A stretch of 64,000 nt of DNA from Candidatus Calescibacterium sp. (GTDB lineage Bacteria; Calescibacteriota; Calescibacteriia; Calescibacteriales; Calescibacteriaceae), in NCBI GenBank assembly GCA_032249135.1, contig JAVVGL010000001.1, positions 96,001 to 160,000 on the forward strand, read 5' to 3'. The notes beneath the pieces are model-generated. The model saw only the letters and a program-made list of their open reading frames with translations. It was not told the origin of the DNA and made no database searches. Positions 39,285-49,087 of this stretch are shown piece after piece. Position numbers and translations under genes: made by a program. Position 1 is the stretch's first letter; each line of letters opens with the position of its first letter.

Positions 39285-40013
39285 ATGCAGAAAATAAATG
39301 GCAAGAAAATAAGAATTCTTGAATTTGAGATAATGAGTGTTTTTGATGAGATGGGATTTGAAGAGGTAAGATTACCCATGGTATATGGAGGTGAGGTAAG
39401 AGAAGATTTTACTACCGAAATATCAAAAAGATTTGAAGAAGGAAAATTCTGTTATAGAGGCGGAGTTTTCAGAATATCTCCCTTCGGTAAACCTGAAGAG
39501 ATGTACCAGTTAGGTTGTGAAATAATAAGACGAAAGGATTTGGGTTATGAGGATATTTCTCTTTGTGCAGAAACTCTAAATTCCGTTATTGCAAAAATTG
39601 AAAAAGCAGTCGGTAAAGAGATCAAAGTGGTTATAGGACACTATGGTCTTGTCAAAAAAATTTTTGGAGAGCTTGCTGAAATATTTTTTAAAAAGAACAT
39701 AGCAAAAATAGATGAAGCAATAAGAGCCGGTAAGGTAGATGAAAAATATGCGTTAGCATTTTTTAAAGTGTTCTCAGACCAAAACGAGCTTTCGTCTCTT
39801 CTTGAACTACCCCAAGATATTTTGAATTTTTCAAGCAGAATAAGTTGCAAAAAACTTTTTAACCTCCCAGAATTGCCTGAAAAAGATTACTATACAGGGG
39901 TAATCTTCGGAATTTTTTTAGAAAAAAAGAGAATAGGATTTGGGGGAAAATATTCTATATTGAAAAAAGAAGGAATCGGATTTTCAATAAATCTCCTTGA
40001 TATATTCTCTTAA
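39285..40013 (+). CDS. hisZ: Short HisZ-like ATP phosphoribosyltransferase regulatory subunit
   Basis: REDFTTEI, CYRGGVFR, EMYQLGCEII, DYYTGVIF, GGKY, GIGFSI (HisRS-like fold without anticodon domain). Confidence 0.65.
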   Translation: MQKINGKKIRILEFEIMSVFDEMGFEEVRLPMVYGGEVREDFTTEISKRFEEGKFCYRGGVFRISPFGKPEEMYQLGCEIIRRKDLGYEDISLCAETLNSVIAKIEKAVGKEIKVVIGHYGLVKKIFGELAEIFFKKNIAKIDEAIRAGKVDEKYALAFFKVFSDQNELSSLLELPQDILNFSSRISCKKLFNLPELPEKDYYTGVIFGIFLEKKRIGFGGKYSILKKEGIGFSINLLDIFS

Positions 40014-40039
40014 TGATAAGTCGTCTTAACTTAATAAAC

Positions 40040-41071
40040 TCATTTAATAGAAAAGAGAATATCAACAATTATTTTTCGTGTGTATTCAGCTGTTTCATCT
40101 CGCGGAGGAGTTGATGGCTCAACATAAGATATATCAAGCCATTTTTCTATATTCCATCCGGTTTCGTCTCTCATATTGTCCAAAACCCATATATTGAAAT
40201 TTTTTATGCCAGCCGATAGTCCTGCTGAAATGTCTTTTTTAAGTTCATCGGGGGAATTGTACCCTTTGTTTCCAAAAGAGTCCTCTCCCACAAGTCCCAG
40301 CGATAAAGCTGATTTTTCTCCAAATATTTTGAATATATCTTTTGCGTAGTCCCAAACAAAAAATTCGGGAACATCTATTTTTATTCCTATCTTTTCTAAT
40401 CCTCCTTTGAGAATAGTTGAATACACCATAAAAGAATACTCATCGCAATTTCCGGGTAAAGGTATTCCTAAGTTTCTTTGAATCTTTTCTGAATTTCTCA
40501 ATATGTCATCTACGACGAAGGGAATTGCAACGCACATTACTTTCACTCTTTTTGAATGTGCAAAATCTATGATCTCATATATTTTCTTTTTTCCTTCCTC
40601 ATATACATCATCAGGAGGTTTTATTAGGGTTATAACCTTGGGAAAATCAAAAACAATAGTCACTTTTGCTGCGAATTCAAATGGTGGTTCAAAATCTAAA
40701 ATTATCCATTCTGCTTTGTAGTATTTGAGAAAATCTGATACTAACCGAAAAAATTTGTCAGCATTCCAGACAGATAACCAGTAACCATCTTCTTCTTTAA
40801 GTAAAAGCCAAGCCCTGAATTTCATTTTCTCAAGCGAAGGATGCGGAAAATCTCCATCTTTTACACGCAAAAACAGCTCAACTCCGAGCTCTTCAAGTTT
40901 ATCGTATATTTTCTCATATTCTTCATACTGCAAAAACTCCGCCCATACAGCGAGAGAAAAATTCCTATTTTGCTCCTTCTTATTTCCGACACATCCTAAT
41001 GAAATCGTAAAAGGTGAAAAAAGTAGAATGAAGGAAAAACCGAGAAAAATTTTTCTATGTATTTTGGACAT
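40040..41071 (-). CDS. Hypothetical lipoprotein (possible TIM-barrel)
   Basis: Signal with SLGC lipobox; LDFEPP motif; 343 aa. Confidence 0.65.
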   Translation of the reverse strand: MSKIHRKIFLGFSFILLFSPFTISLGCVGNKKEQNRNFSLAVWAEFLQYEEYEKIYDKLEELGVELFLRVKDGDFPHPSLEKMKFRAWLLLKEEDGYWLSVWNADKFFRLVSDFLKYYKAEWIILDFEPPFEFAAKVTIVFDFPKVITLIKPPDDVYEEGKKKIYEIIDFAHSKRVKVMCVAIPFVVDDILRNSEKIQRNLGIPLPGNCDEYSFMVYSTILKGGLEKIGIKIDVPEFFVWDYAKDIFKIFGEKSALSLGLVGEDSFGNKGYNSPDELKKDISAGLSAGIKNFNIWVLDNMRDETGWNIEKWLDISYVEPSTPPRDETAEYTRKIIVDILFSIK

Positions 41072-41250
41072 TTTTGCCTATATTTATTTTGATTCTTTTA
41101 TTCAACTTTATTCAACAAACCCTATTTTACTTCATTTTTTTCTTACACTTATTTTTCTTTTCTTGATTCTTCTTTCTCCATATTAAAGAACGTAATTTTT
41201 GTGCAATTAGATGAGAAAGTTTTCATTTTTTTGTTCAGTTTAGAATTTTT

Positions 41251-42309
41251 TCATAGAAAGTACGGTTGGAGTTCAAGACCTTCTTGTTCTTTGAAACCAA
41301 ATTTGATGTTCATGTTTTGCACTGCTTGTCCGCTCGCTCCCTTTATAAGATTATCTATAACGCTGACTAATATCACATAATTTTTTGATTTTCTCATTCC
41401 GACCCTTATGAAATTTGTCCCTGTTGTTGAGTATATATCTGGGAATTCTTCATACCAGAAATCAAAAAAGAAATTCTCTTTTGTGAAATCCTCATAGTAT
41501 CTTATCAAATCATCTTCCGGTTCTTGATCAAGTTTTACCCATATTGTTTCAAGTATTCCCCGCTTTGCAGGAATAAGTTGAGCTGAAAAGAGAATTTCCG
41601 GACTTTCTCCGAACAAATCTTGTATTTTCTCTTTCATCTCTGGAACATGTCTATGTTCCACCCACGCATAAACTTTTAGATTTTCCGAAAGATATCCTAA
41701 TGTAAGGTGGGGCAGAGCTTTTCTACCTGCTCCCGTCACCCCGCTTTTTGCATCTATTATTACATCTAAAACCTTTATTTTTTTCTCTTTTGCGTATTTT
41801 AGTAATGGTGCAAGAGCTAAAATAGAAGCTGTCGGATAACATCCGGGATTTGCTATAATTTCCGCTTCTTTCAATTTTTCTCTATAAAGCTCGGGGAGAC
41901 CGTAAACTGATTTGTCAAGTAAACTTGGGACAGCATGTTCAAATCCATATATTCTTTTATATTCTTCTTTGTTTTTGAACCTAAAATCAGGAGAAAGGTC
42001 AATTATGAGAGTTTTTATTCCGAGCTCAACAAGCTTTGCAACTATTCTGTGAGCTTTATTTTGTTCTGTACATAGAAAAACAACATCAAGTCCATCAACT
42101 TTCTCCTCTGAAAATTTCTCAACTTTTTCTATAATTTCATATTTTCTCAAAGACGGAATTATATCCTGAATTTTTCCTTCTTCTTCCGTTGAAAAGAGCT
42201 TCAAACTTTCTACTTTTTGGTGTTTCAAAAGGATTTTTAGTGTTTCTGATCCGGTGTATCCTCTCACTCCTAAAATACCTACTTTTATTTTTTTATCTGC
42301 TTTCATCAT
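41251..42309 (-). CDS. argC: N-acetyl-gamma-glutamyl-phosphate reductase
   Basis: GVRGYTG, ANPGCYPT, SGVTGAG, HRHVPE, DNLIKGASGQAVQNMN. Confidence 0.96.
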   Translation of the reverse strand: MMKADKKIKVGILGVRGYTGSETLKILLKHQKVESLKLFSTEEEGKIQDIIPSLRKYEIIEKVEKFSEEKVDGLDVVFLCTEQNKAHRIVAKLVELGIKTLIIDLSPDFRFKNKEEYKRIYGFEHAVPSLLDKSVYGLPELYREKLKEAEIIANPGCYPTASILALAPLLKYAKEKKIKVLDVIIDAKSGVTGAGRKALPHLTLGYLSENLKVYAWVEHRHVPEMKEKIQDLFGESPEILFSAQLIPAKRGILETIWVKLDQEPEDDLIRYYEDFTKENFFFDFWYEEFPDIYSTTGTNFIRVGMRKSKNYVILVSVIDNLIKGASGQAVQNMNIKFGFKEQEGLELQPYFL

Positions 42310-42415
42310 TTGAATTTCAGGTTAGTTTATTTTTATTCAATTTATTTATATTCTGATTGATTTTAATTTAGCTTTGGGATTTTTGTCTGTCTGCAGATTT
42401 ATATTGTTTGCAGAT

Positions 42416-42946
42416 CTACCTTGATTTTTTCTCTGTTTTCATTTTTTGCTCAGATTTTTTCAGATTTGCTGAAATCGCAATTGAGATAGCATCTGTTATG
42501 TGATGAGAAATATCTTGCGTGAGTTTCCCGTTCATTTTCCATTCAAATTTTTTGAGCTTTCTGATCACTGATTTTTTGACCTTTTCTTTATCTGCCATCT
42601 GATCCCCTCCTGTGATCTTGCTTTTCACATAAAGTGGCGAAATAATTTGGACTTCAACTTTCCTTCTTCTTGCTATTTCTATGCAGGTTCCAACTATGAG
42701 TCCTAACTTCAAAGATGCACTGGGATCTTTCCACACGAAAACCGATTCAATCCCCGCAATATCTGGTTTCCATATTCTAAAAACCTCCTCAATCTTTTTA
42801 CCTATTTCCCATATTCTTTCAACAATTTCTCTATTATCTTGGCTTTGGATAACTCCGAAATCACGAAGTTTTATTCTTTTACCATTTATGTCCAATATTG
42901 CCCATCCTAACTCCCTCAAACCTGGATCTATTCCAATAACTCTCAT
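42416..42946 (-). CDS. ruvC: Holliday junction resolvase RuvC
   Basis: IGIDPG, IESVF, ADKEKV, DAISIA. Confidence 0.92.
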   Translation of the reverse strand: MRVIGIDPGLRELGWAILDINGKRIKLRDFGVIQSQDNREIVERIWEIGKKIEEVFRIWKPDIAGIESVFVWKDPSASLKLGLIVGTCIEIARRRKVEVQIISPLYVKSKITGGDQMADKEKVKKSVIRKLKKFEWKMNGKLTQDISHHITDAISIAISANLKKSEQKMKTEKKSR

Positions 42947-43060
42947 AAACTAAATTTTAAACTTTCTGATTTTGAATGAAAAGAGGTTTATTACCAGATT
43001 TTGAGCAGAACAAATTTTTTTAATTAAAAAACCACCCCCTAATGACTATAATATTCTTTT

Positions 43061-43927
43061 GTGAGAAACTGGAAAAGTAAATTTTTAAAAGCGTTAAAAG
43101 AAGACCCCGAGTTTGCCGCAGAGGTTAGAGCTTTGCTCCTATCAGAGGATCTTCTTAACTTACCCCCAAAATTTGATAGAATGGAGAAAAAAGTTGATAG
43201 GATAGAATATAAGGTTGATAAGTTAGAAGAAAGACAAACAAGATTAGAAGAAAGACAGGATAGATTGGAAAAAAAAGTAGATAAGTTAGTAGAAGAAGTA
43301 GCCGGATTGAAACAAGATGTGGATATCCTCAAAAAAGATGTAGATACCCTTAAAAAGGATGTAGATATCCTCAAAAAAGATGTAGATACCCTTAAAAAGG
43401 ATGTAGATATCCTCAAAAAAGATGTGGATATCCTTAAAAAGGATGTAGATATCCTTAAAAAGGATGTAGATATCCTTAAAAAGGATGTAGCTTATCTGAA
43501 AGGCTCCGATAGAGAGAGATGGTACAGAGATAGAGCACATGCTGTCTTTGGTAGAGTAATTTTGAAGGGAAAAACTTTTGAGGAGAGAGCAGCTGAAATC
43601 TTGTGGGATGCTTATAAGAGAGGTCAAATATCAAAAGAAGAAAGAGATGAAGTTTTATCATCCGATCTTCTGTGGAGCGGAGAAAGAGATGGAAAGTTTG
43701 TAGTTTTAGTTGTTGAGGTCTCATTCACAATATCTCAGGATGATGTTGAAAGAGCTAAAAAAAGAGCTGAAATCTTGAGAAAATTGGGAATTTTGGCTAT
43801 CCCGGTAGTAGGTGGAGTTGAAATTGGAAAAGATGTAAAATTGGATGATGTTGTATGTATAGTAGATGGAAAATTTGACGATGAAGAATTTGAGAAATTA
43901 TTTTTAAAACTTTCACAAAGTAAATAA
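43061..43927 (+). CDS. Heptad coiled-coil protein with C-terminal PD-(D/E)XK-like domain (copy 2)
   Basis: Paralog of 10896..11615 with an expanded DVDILKK heptad array. Confidence 0.8.
   Translation: MRNWKSKFLKALKEDPEFAAEVRALLLSEDLLNLPPKFDRMEKKVDRIEYKVDKLEERQTRLEERQDRLEKKVDKLVEEVAGLKQDVDILKKDVDTLKKDVDILKKDVDTLKKDVDILKKDVDILKKDVDILKKDVDILKKDVAYLKGSDRERWYRDRAHAVFGRVILKGKTFEERAAEILWDAYKRGQISKEERDEVLSSDLLWSGERDGKFVVLVVEVSFTISQDDVERAKKRAEILRKLGILAIPVVGGVEIGKDVKLDDVVCIVDGKFDDEEFEKLFLKLSQSK
43316..43483 (+). repeat. 21-bp coding tandem repeat x8 (DVD[I/T]LKK)
   Basis: gatgtrgatayccthaaaaar repeated 8 times without spacers. Confidence 0.95.
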
Positions 43928-43947
43928 AAATTCAAATTCTTTTCTCT

Positions 43948-44712
43948 ATGAATCTACTCGAAAGTATAATTTTGGGAATAGTTCAAGGTATTACCGAATT
44001 TCTGCCTATATCAAGCTCGGGACATCTTGCTTTCTTCAAACAAGCAATGAAAGTTAAAATTGAAAACCCGCTCTTTTACGATGTATCTTTACATATAGGA
44101 ACCACTCTCTCGGTTATTTTCGTTTTGAGAAAGGATATTTTAGATTACATCAGAAAAAGAGAAATGCTGTTGGGGATTATTGTTTCTTTTATTTTTACAG
44201 TACCAGTTGCTTTGTTTTTTGAAAATTTTGCTGAAAAAGTAGAAGAGAATCTCATTTTGTTATCATTTTCATTTTTTGCTGGTGCATTGATTCTTTTTTC
44301 TTCAAGATTTTTGCGCCTCAACTTGAAAAATCAGTTCATAAAATATGCTCTGATTGGCATTATGCAGGGAGTTTCTGCTACACCAGGTATTTCTCGCTCA
44401 GGAACTACAATATCTACTGCTTTTGTTGTAGGGTTCACTCCTCAAGAGGCTTTTTCTTTCTCCTTTATATTATCAGTTCCGACCATTCTTTCTGCAATTT
44501 CTTACGAGTTGATGAAAGTCATTTTGGGAAAAGAGACTGCTCCAAGTGTTGAATTTTCATACTTATTCTTTGGTATTCTTACATCATTTGTTTTTGGTGT
44601 CATATCACTTTACATTTTAAGAAAAATTGTAATAAACTATAAACTTTGGGTTTTTGGAATATATATGCTCTTTATGTCTTGTCTTTGCGTTGTGTGGAAA
44701 TTTGCTATATAA
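43948..44712 (+). CDS. uppP: Undecaprenyl-diphosphate phosphatase
   Basis: GIVQGITEFLPISSSGH, PGISRSGTT, FSFILSVP. Confidence 0.96.
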   Translation: MNLLESIILGIVQGITEFLPISSSGHLAFFKQAMKVKIENPLFYDVSLHIGTTLSVIFVLRKDILDYIRKREMLLGIIVSFIFTVPVALFFENFAEKVEENLILLSFSFFAGALILFSSRFLRLNLKNQFIKYALIGIMQGVSATPGISRSGTTISTAFVVGFTPQEAFSFSFILSVPTILSAISYELMKVILGKETAPSVEFSYLFFGILTSFVFGVISLYILRKIVINYKLWVFGIYMLFMSCLCVVWKFAI

Positions 44713-44725
44713 GACTTCATTAAAT

Positions 44726-45970
44726 TTAGAGAAACCTCATCAAAGTCATCTCAAATGCTCTCACCGCAACTATCATAGATGCCTGCAATACACTTTCTCT
44801 CAAAGAAAGATCTACTGATGCAAAAGCTATATCAATTTCCTCTATCTGAGATTTTATTATGTTATTTTGTACCTTTACGAATTCAAGAAAATCTTGCCTT
44901 TTTTGAACAAAACTTATGTTTTCTCCTACTTTTGCCCTGAGTGAGTTTAACTTCTCATAGGATTCTTGAATCTCAATTACTGCCGACCTCAGGAGTTCTT
45001 GTAAATTACCTTCTTTTCTACCTTTTAATATATCAGAGAGGTTTTTGAGAGTAGTAAGAATTCCGCTTATTCCTTTTGATGGATCTCCAAAAATTTCTTT
45101 GCCGGGTGTTCCTATTTCTACCATTTCAGATTTTATCTCAACAGAAAAAATCTCATCGTTGCCGTGATACTCCGGAATTCCATCTCCTCCAAAGTCTGCA
45201 AAAATTCCCATACTGTCTTCCATTATTGAGAACTTGAAGCCGGGGGTTGAAGATGAAAGTTGAAGTTTTCCATCTGGTGAAACACTTGCAAGCACAAGTC
45301 CTAATCCTTCTGAATTTATTCTGTTCGCAAGATCAGAAATCCTATCGGAATCAAAGTATCTTATATCCTTTGATAATATTACATTTCCTGAGTCATCATA
45401 AACTTCAAGTTTGAATTTTCCTTCTTTTATATTAAATATGCTTCCGAAGGTCTGTGATGGATCAACTCCTTTTTGAGCTACCCAACTTTCTTGTTTTATT
45501 ATCTCTCTATCTTCATAAGGTTTTCTGAAAAATCTTGAGTTTGGAACTACTCTTGTTCCACCAAATAAATATCTTCCGTTTATTGAGGTGTTTGCGATTT
45601 CAACTGCTGATTTGAATAGTTCATCTACTGCCCTTGCAAGTGAGAGTAATTCTTCTGCAGAGACAGAGATAGCATCTATTCCTCTCTCTGCGTGGAGCTT
45701 TGCCTTGGCAAGAATATCAGATAGTTTAGATAAAGCTTCCTCTTTTGCTTGTAAAATCGCTGAAACTTGATGTGAATCGGAAAGATCTCGCGATATTTTT
45801 GATATTCTCACCTGAATTGTTCTTGCAAGGGAGTATTGAGAAGGATTATCAGATGGTCTTATAATTTGAAGTCCGGATGAAATTCTCTTTTGTAAATCAA
45901 AAACATTTGATTGGTTTTTAACTATTGCATCCCGATGAGTATCAAAAAGAAATTTTGTTGGAACTCTCAT
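44726..45970 (-). CDS. flgL: Flagellar hook-associated protein 3
   Basis: Flagellin-like termini: ISSGLQIIRPSDNP, ANTSINGRYLFGG, RAKVG, TLMRFL; downstream of flgK. Confidence 0.85.
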   Translation of the reverse strand: MRVPTKFLFDTHRDAIVKNQSNVFDLQKRISSGLQIIRPSDNPSQYSLARTIQVRISKISRDLSDSHQVSAILQAKEEALSKLSDILAKAKLHAERGIDAISVSAEELLSLARAVDELFKSAVEIANTSINGRYLFGGTRVVPNSRFFRKPYEDREIIKQESWVAQKGVDPSQTFGSIFNIKEGKFKLEVYDDSGNVILSKDIRYFDSDRISDLANRINSEGLGLVLASVSPDGKLQLSSSTPGFKFSIMEDSMGIFADFGGDGIPEYHGNDEIFSVEIKSEMVEIGTPGKEIFGDPSKGISGILTTLKNLSDILKGRKEGNLQELLRSAVIEIQESYEKLNSLRAKVGENISFVQKRQDFLEFVKVQNNIIKSQIEEIDIAFASVDLSLRESVLQASMIVAVRAFEMTLMRFL

Positions 45971-46036
45971 TTTTATCCTCCATCCTCCTTTTTTATTTTT
46001 TCAGTTTTTTATTTTTGCCTTATTTTATTTTTTGCT

Positions 46037-47761
46037 TTATCCACCTCCACCTACTAATCCTAAAATTGTGAGTAAAAGTTCATCTGTTATTCTTACTATT
46101 CTTGCTGACGCCTCAAATGCTCTCTGAAACTCAATAATTCTTATGAACTCCTCATCTAACGATACTCCTGATCTTTGTTGGATCTGCTCTTCAAGGGTTT
46201 TTACAACGAGTTCCTTTGCAGAAAACTCTGTGTTAATAAAACTCAAATTATTTCCGACTTCGTTTTGGATTCTTGTGTATATATCAAATATTGTTTCTGA
46301 ACCGTTTATTTTTTCCTCGCGTAAAGCTGCAATTAAATTTGCAATATCGTTGTTGAAGGGAGCAGATGGATTAGAAGATGATGCCACACGCAGAGGATTT
46401 TCCTTGAATTCTTGAGCTACATCAAAATCAAAAACATTTTTTCCTACTAAAAGTGTATCTAAACCAAGAGCTACTGAAAGTCCTCCTGTGTCATTATATA
46501 TATCAAATGTGAATCCAGAATTTGCTTGAATTTTTAGTTTATTGTCAGGTGTTATTTGAGCTGTGATATATCCTGAATTTTCAGGTGCTGAATTTATAAA
46601 GTTTGCAATATTTGCTATTCCATCAACGCTTGGATCATAGAAAATTGTAAATGTTGAAATTAGATTCCCGTTTTCATCATATATTGCTATTGATAAAGAA
46701 CCGGGAGATGCCGTGTATGGTAGTCCAGCAAAATTTATTGGAGTAAAAGAATCTGATGCGGAGTATTTTGAAGTTAGGCTTTGAAAATGTGCAATCCCAA
46801 CTCCTTTTGCGTGTCTTTCTCCAACTATTTTTATTATTTGCCGCGCAAGTGAGTTTATTTTCGCTAATACATTCACTAATGTTTCATCTCTTGTCTTTAA
46901 AGCTCCTCCAATTACGCCTCCTATTATGAACGGAGTTATATCCCAAATATGACCTCTACCATCTATGTACTTTATTTTTTGCAAAAGTTTTCCTGAACCG
47001 TCTATTGGATTTGATGGATTCTGTGGGTCAGCCTCTACTTTGAGAGAAAAAGCTCTGTCTTTGTCAACAAGTACATGACCTCCCTCTCTTATATATACAT
47101 TTATCATCCCGTTATCTTGCTCAAATGTGTCTATGTTTATAAATTCTGAAAGTTTTCTTATAAGTAAATCCCTTTTATCTTTGAGAGGATTTACATTCTC
47201 TTTTGCTGCTGATAGTTCTGCTATTTTCTTGTTGAGACCTGCTATTTCTGTCAAAATATTATTTACTTCTGTTATGTTTTCTGAAATTTGTTTGTCTATA
47301 TCTTCTCTAATTTTGACTATTGAGTTAGCTAATTCTTTAAATCTTGCGATCATGCTTTGAGCTTTGAGAACAACATTTTGCCTCAGTGAAGGATTCTCCG
47401 GATTTGTTGCAAGTTCCTCATAGGCGTTAAAGAAAGCGTCAATTGCGTTAAGAAGTCCTGCTCCTTCTGAGTCAGAAAGTAATGATTCTACTTGGCTAAT
47501 TATTTCTTTTTGAGATTGAAAAGATTTCAAGAATTGAAGTTCTGCGTGCATTCTTTTTTCAAGAAAGAAAAATCTTTCTCTTTTTGCTCCCTCAAATAAA
47601 ACACCTACCTGGCTTGGTGGCAGTGGAGAGAGTAGAGGAGTTTGTCTTGTGTATCCTTCTGTTTGGGCATTTTCAATATTTGTTGATACTATCTGGAGTG
47701 CAGATCTTGATGCGAACATTCCATTTTTTGCTCCAAAGAGTATGTCCTTTATTCCAGCCAC
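46037..47761 (-). CDS. flgK: Flagellar hook-associated protein 1
   Basis: NIENAQTEGYTRQ, LKDKRDLLI, SGVSLDEE..IIEFQRAFEASARIV. Confidence 0.93.
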   Translation of the reverse strand: MAGIKDILFGAKNGMFASRSALQIVSTNIENAQTEGYTRQTPLLSPLPPSQVGVLFEGAKRERFFFLEKRMHAELQFLKSFQSQKEIISQVESLLSDSEGAGLLNAIDAFFNAYEELATNPENPSLRQNVVLKAQSMIARFKELANSIVKIREDIDKQISENITEVNNILTEIAGLNKKIAELSAAKENVNPLKDKRDLLIRKLSEFINIDTFEQDNGMINVYIREGGHVLVDKDRAFSLKVEADPQNPSNPIDGSGKLLQKIKYIDGRGHIWDITPFIIGGVIGGALKTRDETLVNVLAKINSLARQIIKIVGERHAKGVGIAHFQSLTSKYSASDSFTPINFAGLPYTASPGSLSIAIYDENGNLISTFTIFYDPSVDGIANIANFINSAPENSGYITAQITPDNKLKIQANSGFTFDIYNDTGGLSVALGLDTLLVGKNVFDFDVAQEFKENPLRVASSSNPSAPFNNDIANLIAALREEKINGSETIFDIYTRIQNEVGNNLSFINTEFSAKELVVKTLEEQIQQRSGVSLDEEFIRIIEFQRAFEASARIVRITDELLLTILGLVGGGG

Positions 47762-47850
47762 TCCAAAGTATGAAAAATCGGAAAAAAAATAAGTTTTTTG
47801 AGTTTTACTTTTTGAAACTAAAATTTTTATATTCCCTGATTTAAATGCTG

Positions 47851-49035
47851 TTATATCCTCAAGATAATTTTCCCGCTTCCTGATATTTCAAATGAGTCAT
47901 GAAGGAAATTTAGTTTTAGAGGTCCTATAGCTCCTACAAAGTTTGGAGCAGATATTCTGGTTTCTCCATTTATATTCTTTATGAAAGCTTTTGACTTTGC
48001 TGTATATATTATTACTTTACCTTGTCCTGAAAGTTCAACCAAGTTGAAAGTCTTTTTTATTTTTGTCAAGTTATATTTGAATGATGGCTCAAACCCAATA
48101 AGGAATGGTTCCAAAATTACCGCTTTCTCATATCCTTCATCAACCTCAAAGGCAGATATATATTCTGCCGATAAAGTTACTTCACAATCAATACCTCTTA
48201 TTTTTATAAATTTATGATTTTTCCCACCAAAAAAATCGTTTTTGATTTTCTGATCCTCTATTTTTTTCAGAGGAAAAAGTTTGTAGCTACCCGAAATAAA
48301 AATGATGAAAGTTTCTCTTAAAATTATTTCGCTTTCACCTTTTAGAGAAATTTCCAAAATCCTACCTCGCTTTAGGAACCCATCCTTTTCCTCTATTTTT
48401 CTTAACTCTATCTTCTCCTCTTCTCCTTCTGGTATTCTCTCCTCTATTTTTTCCTCCCTTTCTTTTTCTTTTTCTTCTATTTTTTCCTCCTCTTTTCCAA
48501 GTCTTTTAGTTTCAATTTCCTCTTCAATCTCTCTTTTGAGCTCTTCAATTTTTTCTTCAATTTTCTCAATTTCTTCTGCTCTTTCGACTTTTTCCTTTTC
48601 TCCTACTTTCTCTAATTCCACCTCCTCTACCTCCAATATCTTTCCTTCTTCTTCTATTTTTCCCATTTCATTCTCTTCTCTCTGTTTCTTTTCTTCCTTT
48701 CTTTTTTGGCATTCCGAGAGGAGTTCTAATAATTTTTCTGATTCTGGAAAGACCATAGAACCTTCCCTTAAAACTCTTTCCGCCTCTTCTAACTTACCTG
48801 ATTCTATTAATGCTCTGGAATAGTTGAGGAGAAGGTTCAAGTTTTCAGGATATTTTTTGTAAAGTTCACCGAAAACCTCAGATGCTTTTTCAAATTCCTT
48901 CTTTTTGAAAAGTGCTATGCCATATAGGTTGTATAATTTATCATCCTTTGATTTTGAATACTCTTTCTCCGCAAGCTCTATCGCTTCATCTATTTTTCCC
49001 TCTTTTATAAGATTCTGAATTTGATAAAAGATCAT
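47851..49035 (-). CDS. TPR protein with Glu-rich linker and AIM24-like C-terminal domain
   Basis: N-terminal TPR helices, E/K low-complexity linker, C-terminal FLIGFEPSFKY..LVELSGQGKV. Confidence 0.6.
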   Translation of the reverse strand: MIFYQIQNLIKEGKIDEAIELAEKEYSKSKDDKLYNLYGIALFKKKEFEKASEVFGELYKKYPENLNLLLNYSRALIESGKLEEAERVLREGSMVFPESEKLLELLSECQKRKEEKKQREENEMGKIEEEGKILEVEEVELEKVGEKEKVERAEEIEKIEEKIEELKREIEEEIETKRLGKEEEKIEEKEKEREEKIEERIPEGEEEKIELRKIEEKDGFLKRGRILEISLKGESEIILRETFIIFISGSYKLFPLKKIEDQKIKNDFFGGKNHKFIKIRGIDCEVTLSAEYISAFEVDEGYEKAVILEPFLIGFEPSFKYNLTKIKKTFNLVELSGQGKVIIYTAKSKAFIKNINGETRISAPNFVGAIGPLKLNFLHDSFEISGSGKIILRI

Positions 49036-49087
49036 CAGAGAAAATTTTAAAAATGGAACAGTTTATATTCAAGTTATATTCAAGTTT

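Noticed and set aside
43316-43483. Possible CRISPR array
   Set aside because: 21-bp units are contiguous with no unique spacers, lie in frame inside a CDS, and no cas genes are present.
47775-47801. Sigma-28-like TCAA-N15-TCCGATTT upstream of flgK
   Set aside because: Several mismatches to consensus in AT-rich DNA and very close to the start codon; not supportable.
49063-49084. ttatattcaag x2 direct repeat (also ttagatttaaaattt x2 at ~23640-23669)
   Set aside because: Short AT-rich duplications, consistent with local slippage; no further support.
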